NCBI GenBank assembly: GCA_964019335.1
Contig: OZ025685.1
Span: 1-64,000 of the forward strand
Reading direction: 5' to 3'
DNA from: Diplonema japonicum
Taxonomy: Eukaryota; Protista; Euglenozoa: Diplonemea
Length of the DNA stretch: 64,000 nt
A program made the position numbers and the translations under genes. Below, piece after piece: positions 22,001 through 31,911 of the stretch; the first letter of the stretch is position 1, and every line of letters begins with the position of its first letter. A model generated the notes under the pieces. The model was not told the origin of the DNA and searched no databases. It worked only from the letters and a program-made list of their open reading frames with translations.

Positions 22001-22953
22001 TCCGCTTGTTTTTGTTTCTCTTCGGCTTTTTTCCTGTCTTCAGCAACACGCCTCTCCTCCGCCTTTTTCTCTTCAACAGCCCTTTTCTTCTCCTCTGCCA
22101 CCTTCCTTTCCTCTGCACATCTTTCTTCGGTAGCTTTCCTCTCCTCAACATTCTTCTCTTCTGCAGCAATTTTAGCCTCCTTCGCTCTCTGCTGCTCAGC
22201 AAGAACCTCCGCCCTCCTTTCATCAGCTTTTTGGTGCACGTCCATCATTTTCAGCCCCACCTTCAGGGTACCATTCTCACGCATTTTAGCAACTTGCTCC
22301 CTCGCGCGCTTTTGCCACATGGCTTCCTTCTGCTCCTGAGTCATTGAGGTCGTCTTAAGGTTCACATTGGTGACGTCAACCAAAGGTCCTTGAGACCCCG
22401 TGGTGGCAAGGCATATGTCAGGCAATGGGTTCTTCTTCACAGCGGGCGAGTGTGGTTCTTGGATTTTGCGCGTGGCCATCGGCCTGATAAAGGGATGTCT
22501 TGCGTCGCTGGGTGCGCTGTGTTTGATGCGCTTGGGCTTGGAAGGCAGCTTCCAAGAGGACTGTGACTGTGGTGATGAGAGGAAAGCGTCCAACTGGCCC
22601 ATGTCATCAAGCCGCACAGAGGGCGTGTCCCTGTCGTCGATGCCCGGCCCGTCTGCGCTGGTCCACACGTTGTAGACGACACCGTGCGACCCCTTCCACC
22701 CGTCTCCCAGGTGGTACCCCTTACCCTTCGTCACGTAGTAGTGCTTCATCCACGGTAACACCTCCTTGCCCTCATGCCACATCTCTTCGAAATCGATCCC
22801 TGATGTCTGACCCTCTTTCAGAACGACCTTTCTGTGCCCTCTGTTACTGTGCACCTTAAAGGTATGTTTTGCGGCATTCAACTTAGCACTCACGCCCTGC
22901 CGCAGCGTTTTGCATTCGGCCTTGACCTCCAAGCTCTCCCTGCCGTTAATCAT
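19072..22953 (-). CDS. Large K/E-rich coiled-coil protein with a basic, repetitive tail (~1290 aa)
   Basis: Uninterrupted ORF. ATG 22953 follows a pyrimidine-rich tract and AG; an upstream in-frame ATG exists at 23097. Confidence 0.8.
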   Translation of the reverse strand: MINGRESLEVKAECKTLRQGVSAKLNAAKHTFKVHSNRGHRKVVLKEGQTSGIDFEEMWHEGKEVLPWMKHYYVTKGKGYHLGDGWKGSHGVVYNVWTSADGPGIDDRDTPSVRLDDMGQLDAFLSSPQSQSSWKLPSKPKRIKHSAPSDARHPFIRPMATRKIQEPHSPAVKKNPLPDICLATTGSQGPLVDVTNVNLKTTSMTQEQKEAMWQKRAREQVAKMRENGTLKVGLKMMDVHQKADERRAEVLAEQQRAKEAKIAAEEKNVEERKATEERCAEERKVAEEKKRAVEEKKAEERRVAEDRKKAEEKQKQAEAKRILDEQKVEEERIANEKKAAEKKRIEEQQARVEDLEESLAAKREDIEAKQQELEDLRDVELSSISSDSESSDTSDEEIQMKMRELEKRKLVLAKKREAVSDLETDVSTSEDESNDVKARARRKKSELNTRIKANTRREQAMEKRGQQLAENKKNQKNDLFTTQMSVHAAYVQGTKSLKECPLEELKASVEEEMERAAAWIKRKEAMLRTKEQELAAEKAQRQIDGLKMQMAKEQKVQESLLVERETKLQALEDAIEVQRAEIEVLTEDYEKQMESIEDAQKQHETMMARKSRGRKSDSNKAHSELRTQAILLDDRILEAREAAAEKQNQMKAEFSELEHEMQTVAKQQELLQVKERKVEEQRQQALEKVRAAKKALQQAQHREQEEEAELEKQKLAEEESLHAFKHESEAKRRSIHSEIAASKKLWEEEETSLKQKQKQIEEAVAAERLNTNSQDATKKASALFSQFFTQSDSSSEDEAVPKRRPSNLAVVKAGKVAAIEMPGTPSTNNPVSEGSIDDLLASAKKSLRKSEGRKSEGRKSGRRSNKSNMTVAETVVTGLPSPPKRRTPQKKKSTRKKSKIVDDDATTCAPSSVVVAASLPAVTAQQAQHITDDDDAVSKATGLTTAVQGMEPSPVRRPKKAKKAKTPKPVVEDDQTVVSTEIPTKQLEEVKAAQAELFSDTMSGVTTATAMTCGVSKALGPAPVKRDLKPKTKASKKALKIDDDDAMTAVSAMIPTKELLEVTAMQVDRLNDDTASTCVSTVSTPLKKKSKTGKRKADAMEEDDAKSVESAVTGVTAVVGPKPTKPKKKERVKAGKKKVAKLDDMKELEEVQAKQEELLKDDTLSVASAGVSICSEVNKALGPDPVKAGKGKRPPVVPSRKRKSMGKTEPEACTEASPPKKSRKSVRFSHDVNQQGNATQSQSQSQSQDLTQSQSQSQTKQPKRKSVGKGRRSSTARRVSTGGKNSRSSCGSV

Positions 22954-23300
22954 TTTTTTTGACCTGTCGTGGCTAGCATGCTGTAAAGAAAATGCAAAAC
23001 AAAAACAACATGACACCTTTGTCGTAAAATCACACGGGATCTCGGGCTGCCTTTTCGTATGAATACTGATTTTGCAACCCAAGTACCAAGACCGCATAAC
23101 TCAGCAGTCTGCCATCATAGACACTGAACTGTACAACACATCAGACAGCTAAGGAAAGATCTGGTATCACTATATGAACAGAACGGAAAGAAGTTCGCCG
23201 CGCATGTCACGCACGGCAGTAAGCCTAAACGGAATACAATAAAGATATAAAGCAAAAACATCATTTCACAGATGTGACACCAATGCAATCGCTGATTGGC

Positions 23301-25037
23301 TCACGCACTGTCCTCCTCACTCGCTCGTTTTAGCTCCTCTTCCGCTTCTTCCTGAGCAACCTCCTTTAGATTTTCAGCAGCTCTCTCTGCTTCTTTGGGT
23401 GTCACGTCCGCAGCTGATTCCAATTGCGGTTCTTGTTCCTCCCCTGCCTTCTGTTTTTCTATGGCTGTTTGCCGTTCTGATTCAGCCGCTTCGTTTTCTT
23501 CTACTTCAGCAGTCTCTTCTTCCGCTTCCTCGGCTGCTATTATTTCGACTTCTTCAACTCTCTTCGTTTCTTCAGCTGTTTTCTCTTCGGTTACTATTTT
23601 TGCTTCTGTGGTCTCCTCTTCAGTTTCTTCTACAGCGCTTACCGCAGGGTTCGCTTCTTCTTCAGCGGGTTTTTCTTCCAAGGTGGCATTGCTTTCAGTT
23701 TTTATTGGTTCTTCTTCCACAATTTTCTCCGTTTCTTCAACAACATTCTTCACTTCTTCAGTAGCTTCTTGTTCCTCCACCTTCTCTGCTTCTTCAACAA
23801 CGCTTTCGTCGGCAGACTCTTCTTCACTCACGTTCTTAGTTGCTTCCTCTTTGGGCAATCGGTTCACTTCTCGATGTGCAACGGCCTCGGCCATGTCCTC
23901 AGTGTCCATAGCTGTCTCTGTGAAAACCACCTCCATTGGGCTAACCGCTTCGGCTGTGGTTGCTGCCTCGTTAGCTAGTCCTCCATTCTCAGCTGTTACC
24001 ACTTTGCTTTGCGTTGCGTCTCTCTTGTTCAAGACATTGTTGAGGTTGGACACACGCACGTTGAACTGAGCGTGGTTCAGCTTCGAAGGTGATGCGGGTG
24101 TGGCAGGCGATGCGGGGTCGAAGTGGAGTGCCTCGGGGGCTTGGTTGAGTTCGGTGGACAGGTCATCTACAAAGAAAGGAGAGCCTGGGTCCTCCACACG
24201 CTTCGGTTGCTTAAGGGCAGATGTGGGAGAGCCATTGGGGGACAGAGCGGGTGTCATGTTGGGGATGAGTGACGGCGGCGGCGAGGGGGGGCGCGGCCTC
24301 TTACTGGTGGCTTCTTTCAGAGCAGCGACGGCAGCTTCGAAGTTTCCTTGGCACATGTTGATGGCGGCCTCTGACTCTTCTGCGCGATACCCGATGCGGA
24401 TAAGCTTTATCACCTGTGCAACGAGACCCTCAATGCTGCTGAGGTCCTCAGCGTTAACTAAAACTTCGACAGCAGCATCGAAGTTCCCTGACGTCTTCAC
24501 AAGTGCGTCCCCTGCCTGTTGCGGGCTGAAGCCCATGTCTGCTAACCGCACCTTCTTCTCTGTCCTTGACGTGAGGTAGACAGCGTCCGACAACTCCATT
24601 GAGATCTCGAAGCGCACGTGCTCTGCAATGCCTTCAATGCGGCGGCGCTCGATGGTTTCCTGCTCTTCGACTGCCGCAAGCTTCTGCAGTGCTGAGTGTG
24701 GCAAGACAAGCTGTAAATTAAATCGCACTTTTCTTGCCATCCCCATTAGCTGCCCTGGATCCAGTCCCTGTTTCACCATTTTGATATTTGCCAACCACAT
24801 GCCACATGCTTCTGGTGCTGGTGCTCTGAAAACGTGAGCCACCCCATCACCCTCTGTTACAGAGAAGTCGGTGTCGGCCTTCTCGAGTTGTATGTCACAC
24901 CCAGATACTCTGATGATCTTATGTACCTTGCCACACGGGCTGTCTCCGTACTTCAGTGTTTTCTTCTTCTCATCCAGAGTTGCAAATTGGTTTCTCCATT
25001 GCAACATATTTACCTTGACTTTGAGGTATCCATACAT
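23301..25037 (-). CDS. PH-domain plus tandem UBA-domain protein with an acidic tail
   Basis: GYLKVK...WRNQFATL...FRAPAPEACGMWLANI (PH); LADMGFSPQQAGDALVKTSGNFDAAVEVL and LIRIGYRAEESEAAINMCQGNFEAAVAAL (UBA). Confidence 0.8.
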   Translation of the reverse strand: MYGYLKVKVNMLQWRNQFATLDEKKKTLKYGDSPCGKVHKIIRVSGCDIQLEKADTDFSVTEGDGVAHVFRAPAPEACGMWLANIKMVKQGLDPGQLMGMARKVRFNLQLVLPHSALQKLAAVEEQETIERRRIEGIAEHVRFEISMELSDAVYLTSRTEKKVRLADMGFSPQQAGDALVKTSGNFDAAVEVLVNAEDLSSIEGLVAQVIKLIRIGYRAEESEAAINMCQGNFEAAVAALKEATSKRPRPPSPPPSLIPNMTPALSPNGSPTSALKQPKRVEDPGSPFFVDDLSTELNQAPEALHFDPASPATPASPSKLNHAQFNVRVSNLNNVLNKRDATQSKVVTAENGGLANEAATTAEAVSPMEVVFTETAMDTEDMAEAVAHREVNRLPKEEATKNVSEEESADESVVEEAEKVEEQEATEEVKNVVEETEKIVEEEPIKTESNATLEEKPAEEEANPAVSAVEETEEETTEAKIVTEEKTAEETKRVEEVEIIAAEEAEEETAEVEENEAAESERQTAIEKQKAGEEQEPQLESAADVTPKEAERAAENLKEVAQEEAEEELKRASEEDSA

Positions 25038-25155
25038 CTTACCCTAAACCTGTGTGTGTTGACAAGGCAGCAGCATAAAATGCTGAAAGACACTTAGACA
25101 TGTAAGATCTGTATGCATCATGCAGCGAAGCAACTAGGTACTTTAATAGGTACTT

Positions 25156-26199
25156 TCATTCCCCTGCTTGCAGAGCGGCTTCCGCCATTTTGTGCGCTGC
25201 GACCCAGGCGCTGGGCGTCATGTGGTGCACAGTGCCGCAGTGCTGGCATTGCAGAGGGCAATTGGGTTGCTCGAACTGAAGGGACGTAAGTTGTTGGGGG
25301 CCAAGCAGAGCAAGACCGTTGGTAAAGCTTTCTAACGAACACCTACAGTGGAAGTCTATGGGTATCCTAGTTGGCGACTCAGTGATGCGGAGGGGGCCAT
25401 GGCCAGTCACGCAAGGAATTTCTGACTTAGGGACGAGCTTCATGGCAGACACCGTAGACGACAGGTCGGAGGCGAAGACCGCCTGCAGCACAGTGGTGAG
25501 GTGCGCGTGAGTGGCTTCTGTACTACAGAAGTCGGCGTTATTGAGGTTGGTGTGTATGTCTGTGTACACTGCTTCTTCTATCGCGTTTTCATCATCGCTC
25601 GTCGAGCTTGCCTTCGACGGCACACGCTCCGCGAACATGGCAACACACACACCCGCCAGGAGGTCCACTTTCATCCACAACGCGACTGGCATCCCTCCCG
25701 ATTGCAGGAAGTGGTCCCTCATCTCCTGTTCCAGGTCTGCAAGAGACGGGTCAGAGACGGGCGTCACACTTTCAACCGGCCGTGCTGTGTTGTAAAGGGT
25801 TTTTGATATTTTTATATAATTAGGACCCCCTGTCTCCACCGTGCCATCCCTTATGTGCCCCCTGATCTCCCCGTTGGCGATGCCCTCGCTGCTGAAGGCA
25901 TGCAGCGTGCCGTCTACGTCCAGCTTCACTCTCTCCTCGCCGCCCTGGAACACTGAGTACGCCACGCACATCATCATTACTTTCGCCAGCTGCACACCCT
26001 CCTCAGAGGTGTCCACCACCTTGTGCCTCTCCAGAGCGTTCCGCACTGTGTTTGGCATCTGCAGCAGCGAACACCGCACCAGCCCGTCGTTGGCAAGCAC
26101 CTTCAAGCAGACGTCCCTTTTCGTTGTATAATCTAACACAGAGGCCTTCCGACCAGCCCCTCCCGCGACAGTGCACAGTAGTCTTAAGTTTCTATTCAT
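25156..26199 (-). CDS. hslO: Hsp33-family redox-regulated chaperone, probably mitochondrion-targeted
   Basis: C-terminal Zn motif FHCRCS...CQHCG; Hsp33-like core (SEGIANGEIRG, HFLQSGGMP); basic, acid-poor N-terminus MNRNLRLLCT. Confidence 0.8.
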   Translation of the reverse strand: MNRNLRLLCTVAGGAGRKASVLDYTTKRDVCLKVLANDGLVRCSLLQMPNTVRNALERHKVVDTSEEGVQLAKVMMMCVAYSVFQGGEERVKLDVDGTLHAFSSEGIANGEIRGHIRDGTVETGGPNYIKISKTLYNTARPVESVTPVSDPSLADLEQEMRDHFLQSGGMPVALWMKVDLLAGVCVAMFAERVPSKASSTSDDENAIEEAVYTDIHTNLNNADFCSTEATHAHLTTVLQAVFASDLSSTVSAMKLVPKSEIPCVTGHGPLRITESPTRIPIDFHCRCSLESFTNGLALLGPQQLTSLQFEQPNCPLQCQHCGTVHHMTPSAWVAAHKMAEAALQAGE

Positions 26200-26737
26200 G
26201 TTGGTACTGTTATCCAACCTACTATGTGGTGCGGGGGTGGACAAAATAAAGGGAAATAGCGAAGATCAACCTGTGCTGCAAATTGTCACAAGCACGGCTA
26301 TGGGAGGCAACGGGGGACAGAAAGAGCGAAAGCAGCTCATACTCTGCTAGCAAAGAAAGAACTAGCGCTGTGAGCTAACATGGTTCTTGCCGTCCCCAGC
26401 TAAGCTCAAGGAGGAGATGAAAAAAAAAGGAGAAACCCAAAAGAGAGAAAGGGGGAAGGGGAGGAGAAAATAGAAACAAAAGGGAGTAAAACAGTATTCA
26501 ACGACGGACGACGACACTTGCAAAGAAAATAGGGGCAATTCACTTAGCTAAAAAAGTACTGAAAATCACTTGTGGTAAGAATGGTCTTTCCATTGGTGGC
26601 CTGCTTGGCGTGCACTGCCGGCTTACACTCTTCCCAGTGGGTGCTGTGCTTGCTTTTTATTTGCGGGAGGAAAAAGCTCAAAGTAGAAGACAATCCCACT
26701 TGAGGGCCTCCAAAAAAAAAAACAAAAAAAAAAAAAA

Positions 26738-26948
26738 CTATTCTTTTAAGGTATGCGCTTTTTGCGCTCACCGGCCGTGCTGCGCTTAGTCCCCGTTGTC
26801 CCCGTTCTGGGGGCTCTGGCGGGTTCCTACTGCGGTGGTCAAACTGCGGGGCAGCCTTGTCGGTGTCTGCGACAGGTACCTGTCCCGCAAGCCTTCGATG
26901 CTACTCATGGTTCGTTCCGGGAGTACTGGCCTCCTGTCATACCCGTGG
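26738..26948 (-). mobile_element. Short retroposon copy in an A/T tract (second family)
   Basis: GC-rich 211 bp between A runs; its left 36 bp recur at 27800-27835. Strand is inferred by analogy to 12029-13514. Confidence 0.6.
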
Positions 26949-27714
26949 AAAAAAAAAACTTCTTTTCAGATAGGCTCCCAAACCCAGAAAAATCAGTTTT
27001 GGGTATTATGTGAATTTCGGCACTTTTCTTGGGTATTAAGTGAATTGCCCCCCCCCCCCCCCCAAAAAAAAGGGGGAAGAACAAGGGGTGGGGGGGGGGG
27101 GGGGGGACAAATTGTGTGATTACTTCTATTTAGTCAGTAGTCAGTGAATGCTGATGGACGCCTACATGCAATGTTGGCAAAGAGGTACCTCACATCACAA
27201 ATTCTATCTCCATATTCCTAAGGGAAGGGCAAAAGACAACTTTATTGCAGCAAGCCAATGTTTCCCTTATGGATATTAGAGCCTTTGAAAAAAAAAAAGA
27301 AAATGGAAAAAAAAGGGGGGGGAATGTTAAGTGATTAGATGTTTCGAAACATAATAAAAAGGAAGGAGAGGAAAAAGAAAGGAGAAAGAGGAGGCTCTTA
27401 CTCGTTTTTCTATTTAAAAAGGGGGGAGGGGGGGCGAAAGAAGAAAAAGCGCTTTCAAGGGAAGGGCGGCCTTAAAAAGAAAAACAGGAAGCAAAGAAAA
27501 GAAGGGGGTGATGGAGAGGGGAAGAAGCTTTTGTTATTATTTTTTAAATGATCGGAGATGGGAAAAAAAAAAGTTCAGCTTAATCTTGAAGCAAAAAAAA
27601 AAAGCCTTTTTCTTTCATTTTCTCCGTTGTTGTTTTTTTATTTCATTATTTCAAAGCTCCTTATTTTTATTTCTCAAAATAAATATTTTTTTTTTAACGC
27701 CAAAAAAAAAAGGG

Positions 27715-27745
<31 letters not shown>

Positions 27746-27799
27746 CAAAACGGAAAAGAGAAAAAGGAGAAGGGAAAAAAAAAAGAAACAGGAAATAAA

Positions 27800-27835
27800 C
27801 TATTCTTTTAAGGTACGCATTTTTGCGCTCACCGG
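27800..27835 (-). mobile_element. 36-bp truncated copy of the 26738 element with TSD
   Basis: CTATTCTTTTAAGGTACGCATTTTTGCGCTCACCGG flanked by direct repeats AAATAAA (27793-27799 and 27836-27842). Confidence 0.7.
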
Positions 27836-28629
27836 AAATAAATAAAAAAAAGAAAATGAGGTATTTAAAAAGAATTGTGCTTCTGTCACTTGACCTGGAT
27901 CTGTGTCGAATGACTAGAGCATCATTGATAACTTGATACTGTGTACGCTGGTCAACCCATGCCTTTCTGTGTAGCCACTGGCTCGGGGGGCTGATGCCCC
28001 ACCACTAAATATACACAACTGAAGGGGAACAAGAACCCTAGGCACCAAACCTCCAAACTCAGTCTGCCCAATGTATTTTTTTTTCTTATTTTTTGTAGAG
28101 GGGACTTTGGCTTTAACATCCCCTACAAGGAGGGATGACTTTGTTCGGGGCGGGGGGGGAGCGCTACATGCATTTGACAAAAAAAAGGGGGGGTGGGGCG
28201 AAGAGTTTACTTCAGTAATAAACTATGTAAAATAAAATCAAAAAAAAAAAAAAAAAAAAAAAAAACGAACAGGAATAAAATAAAATAAAAATATAGATAG
28301 GAGGGAAAAGAAAATTAAAGGATTAAAAAAAAAAAAGGAAAAAAGAAATAAAATTTTGGAGCGTGCGGGTCATGTTTGCGCCCTCAGAATGGAATCACAA
28401 ATATCTTCAAGACAGCCTCTTGTCAGGGGCATAACCCGGAAAGGGGGGAAAGGGGGGGGAAGGAGAGAAGTGATGGGGCACATCGGGCACAAGGCCACGT
28501 GAAGCAACATCTACAAGCAACAAACACACGCAAAACACAAGCATATGAGAAACTCCAATGGTGCTCATACAAAGCATCCATGTGGCATCTCACACACTCC
28601 AACTAATGTAGATGGGTAGCTGGCAAAGC

Positions 28630-30030
28630 TCACGAGCAAGCCGCCGCTCTGGGTGTCTTAGGACTACCATTGACCTCTTTGAGAGGCTTGGCGGCCAGTA
28701 CTTGGAGCACAGCCATCGCCCTCTCTGCGACGCTGCGTTCCTCGTCTCCTGCAATGGACTGGACTTCCTCCCTGCAGAGCAGCAGCTGTTCCTTCCCGTT
28801 ACCATACGCCTGCTGCAGCTTCTCGACAAGGTTGCCGATGGTAGCCTTGTGCTCCTCGCTGACCTTCTCGTTGTACAGGTCCTTGCCCATCTTAACTACC
28901 TTCTCCACTTCGCTCATCACGATTGTCTTCTGGCTCTTCATCTTCTCGAGGAGCTCGCCTGCCTTCATTTCAAACAGTTTTACCTTCTCATCAACAACAG
29001 GACCCACCGCTTCCTTGGCAGGGCGGAACATGTCCATCAAGATCGAGGCAGCAACAGCAACATACGACATCAGCAACTGGAACACAAGCAGCACCTTGCT
29101 TGTGAATGACTCCTTCTTTGCGTAGATGTCTTTCAATTCAACAACTGCCAGCTTTGTGCCTTTGATGACTTCCTCAACAGTGCCACCACACAAGCTCTTT
29201 GCTTTGGCAGTGATCTGCTCACCACCGAGCAGCAGCTGCCCCTTCCTGTTGCAGTACGCCTGCTGCAGCTTCTCAACGAGGCCTTCGATGGTAGCCTTGT
29301 GCTCCTCGCTGACCTTCTCAGCGTACAGGTCCTTGCCCATCTTAACAACCTTATTCACTTCGCTCATCACGATTGTCTTCTGGCTCTTCATCTTCTCGAG
29401 GAGCTCGCCTGCCTTCGCCACAAACAGCTTCACCTTCTCCTCTGTGCTGAGTGCGTTCAGTGCCAATACGTTGCTCTGCATTTGAGTGGCGGCCTTGTGC
29501 ATCTTCTCCCCACCAAGCTTGAGCTGCTCTCTCCCGTTGCCGTACGCCTGCTGCAGCTTCTCAACTAGGCTTTCGATGGTAGCCTTGTGCTCCTCGCTGA
29601 CCTTCTCGTTGTACAGGTCCTTGCCCATCTTAACTATTTTCTCCACTTCGCTCATCACAATTGTCTTCTGGCTCTTCATCTTCTCGAGGAGCTCGCCTGC
29701 TTTTGTCACAAACAGCTTCACCTTCTCCTCTGTTGTGAGCTTCAGGGTTAACGCGTCCTTCTGCATGTGGGTGGCAAGCTTGCTTACCTTCTCCCCACCG
29801 AGCAACAGCTGCCCCTTCCCGTCGTTGTACGCCTGTTGCAGCTTCTCAACTAGGCCTTCGATGGTAGCCTTGTGCTCCTCGCTGACCTTCTCGTTGTACA
29901 GGTCCTTGCCCATCTTAAGTATCTTCTCCACTTCACGCATCACAACCATCTTCTGACAGCTGAACTTCTCGAGCAGCTCCGTTGCCTGCGCCTTGAAAAG
30001 TGCCAATTTTTGCTCCATCTGCTGAGACAT
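28630..30030 (-). CDS. Helical tandem-repeat protein (4 near-identical ~75-aa modules)
   Basis: KAGELLEKMKSQKTIVMSEVEK..KMGKDLYNEKVSEEHKATIE.LVEKLQQAY recurs four times; one hydrophobic segment. Confidence 0.8.
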   Translation of the reverse strand: MSQQMEQKLALFKAQATELLEKFSCQKMVVMREVEKILKMGKDLYNEKVSEEHKATIEGLVEKLQQAYNDGKGQLLLGGEKVSKLATHMQKDALTLKLTTEEKVKLFVTKAGELLEKMKSQKTIVMSEVEKIVKMGKDLYNEKVSEEHKATIESLVEKLQQAYGNGREQLKLGGEKMHKAATQMQSNVLALNALSTEEKVKLFVAKAGELLEKMKSQKTIVMSEVNKVVKMGKDLYAEKVSEEHKATIEGLVEKLQQAYCNRKGQLLLGGEQITAKAKSLCGGTVEEVIKGTKLAVVELKDIYAKKESFTSKVLLVFQLLMSYVAVAASILMDMFRPAKEAVGPVVDEKVKLFEMKAGELLEKMKSQKTIVMSEVEKVVKMGKDLYNEKVSEEHKATIGNLVEKLQQAYGNGKEQLLLCREEVQSIAGDEERSVAERAMAVLQVLAAKPLKEVNGSPKTPRAAACS

Positions 30031-30152
30031 GTTTAGAGTAGAAAAAATCTGTAAAGCTTCATATGTGGTGGCAAGATGACAATTAAATTAATGATACGAA
30101 AGATGATACATCACTATGACGAGGAGGAGGAAGGAAGGAAGATGTGCTGATA

Positions 30153-30948
30153 CTACGATGCTTTGGGGGGTGCAATGGCACGTGCCGTGCCGTCTGTCCA
30201 GTGCGATGTGAGGAAGATCTTGAACTGGATGGATTTTATGTCCCAGAGCTTCATGAGTTGGGTGGCTTGGGGTGTAAGAGACTCGCCTTCTTTAGCCACG
30301 ATGGTGTCGGCAAGACAGAGAAGGGTACCCCTGTCCAACTTGATGGGAAGGCCGAGTTTGGTGAGCTGGTCCATCATCTCGTGACCGAACTGGTGAAGGG
30401 GACCCTTGGGCACGGTCCAGTCCAAAGTAGAGGGCGTCCCCGACCTGGCGAAATCGCTAACTTCGAACTCAGAGAAGTACTCCTTCACCTCTTTCTTCGT
30501 TCTGTTCGTGAACAGCAGCCCGCACGACCCTGTGTGTGTGGAGTTGTTTTTGTTCCCCTTTTTTATTTTCTTTTTGCAGCATACCTGTCAGCCGCCTCGC
30601 CACTTTGTACAAATTGTCTTTGTATGAGTCCTCCTTCGTGCGCCCCAATGCCACTGCCATGACCTTGTTGTTGCCCATGAACAGCCTGCTGTCAGCGAAA
30701 TCTTTGCGCACCTGTTAGTGGTGATGTGCATAGTGACGAACGGTACCTGTGTCAGGTGAGTCGTTCGCAAGTTTGCCAGGTCGAATGTGAAACAATGAGT
30801 GTATTCGTCCAGTGCCTGTGGTGCGTGTTGATGCCTGCAAAAACTGTCATACCGCTCTGATGTTCTCCACCAACTGCTCTTTGTGTTCCATGCCCTTGGG
30901 CTTAGTGGCCGTCAAAGCGGGCTGCTTTACTCTCTTATTCTTCGGCAT
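30153..30948 (-). CDS. MRT4: Ribosome assembly factor Mrt4 (mRNA turnover 4); 4 exons
   Basis: MPKNKRVK...HKEQLVENIR, SRLFMGNNKVMAVALGR, GLLFTN, DFARSG and EGESLTPQATQLMKLW are joined by three short GT-AG introns. Confidence 0.9.
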
Positions 30949-31098
30949 TTTTTAATATCTTTGTGTGGGGAGTGTAGTCTTTCTCTTGGATTTATTTTCA
31001 GTTTGCGGTATTGTGACAGGCCCAGCAGGCCGTAGCAAACAAACATCGAATATCAACATAAACCAGTAAGTGTCGTGCATGTGGGTTACACATGCCTC

Positions 31099-31402
31099 TT
31101 AGTCTTTTGTTTCCATTTTGTAAATGGCGCGCTTCCGTGCAGCGGCCTCCTCCAGTACCGTTCCTAGGTCGTTGGCTGTGAAGAACTCCTCAACAAAGCC
31201 CACGGGATCGACAGGCCGTTCCAGCAGTGTCTGTGATGTGTTGGGCCTTGCATCCCCATACCCTTGATATCGCCTCGTCCATCAGCATTTTCAGCTCAGG
31301 GTGCTTCCGTAAATATTTCTCATTTGAGATCTTCAGATCTATTTTTTTTTCCTTCAAGGCCGCTTCTTGACTAGGAGTGAACAGAACTGGCGATTCTTCC
31401 AT
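31099..31402 (-). CDS. RIIa/Dpy-30 domain protein (RIIAD1-like); 2 exons
   Basis: KIDLKISNEKYLRKHPELKMLM...LLERPVDPVGFVEEFF after removing the 31-nt intron 31231-31261. Confidence 0.8.
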
Positions 31403-31911
31403 TGTACTGGTGTGTGAGCCTGGGTGGTTTTTCAGGATCGGGTGCATCCAAAAGAACTGGCAGAAGAAACAATGGGTTGGCAGAAAAACATTTGAGGGGT
31501 AGGGATAAAAAAAAAAATAAAAAGAAACGAAAGGAAGAAAGGAGTGAAGAAAAAAATAAAGAATGGAAAAAAAAAGGGCAAAAAAGAAAAGAAAAAAACA
31601 GAAGGAAAAAAAAGGAATATAAAATAAAATCGGGGACAACGTGTGACAATGAAAACAGGGCAGACAACAAAAGAAGGGTTGGGCAGTGCCGTCCAAGGAA
31701 CCTGATGGTAGGCAGTAGTGATGTGCCTTGTTGACAGGGAGACAAAGGAGTATCGGAGCCGACCCGTCTAAGAAGAGCCTCTGTATAAGGCCCTCCGAGG
31801 ATCTTGCTCCTTGGGGAAGGGTTTAAACACTTGATGAAAACATTGGACGGTGCGTGTGGGGGAAGGGGGGGGTGTTATTTTTGCATTTTATTTTCTTTTT
31901 TTAAAAGTTAA

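Noticed and set aside
19313-24579. Long plus-strand ORFs opposite the coiled-coil and acidic genes
   Set aside because: These are Ser/Phe/Leu-rich antisense shadows of E/K-rich coding sequence with no independent support.
27280-27800. Lys/Phe-rich ORFs in A/T tracts (also 222-593, 8546-9452, 31190-31745)
   Set aside because: They are translations of intergenic homopolymer tracts, apart from the real RIIa-domain exon ending at 31402.
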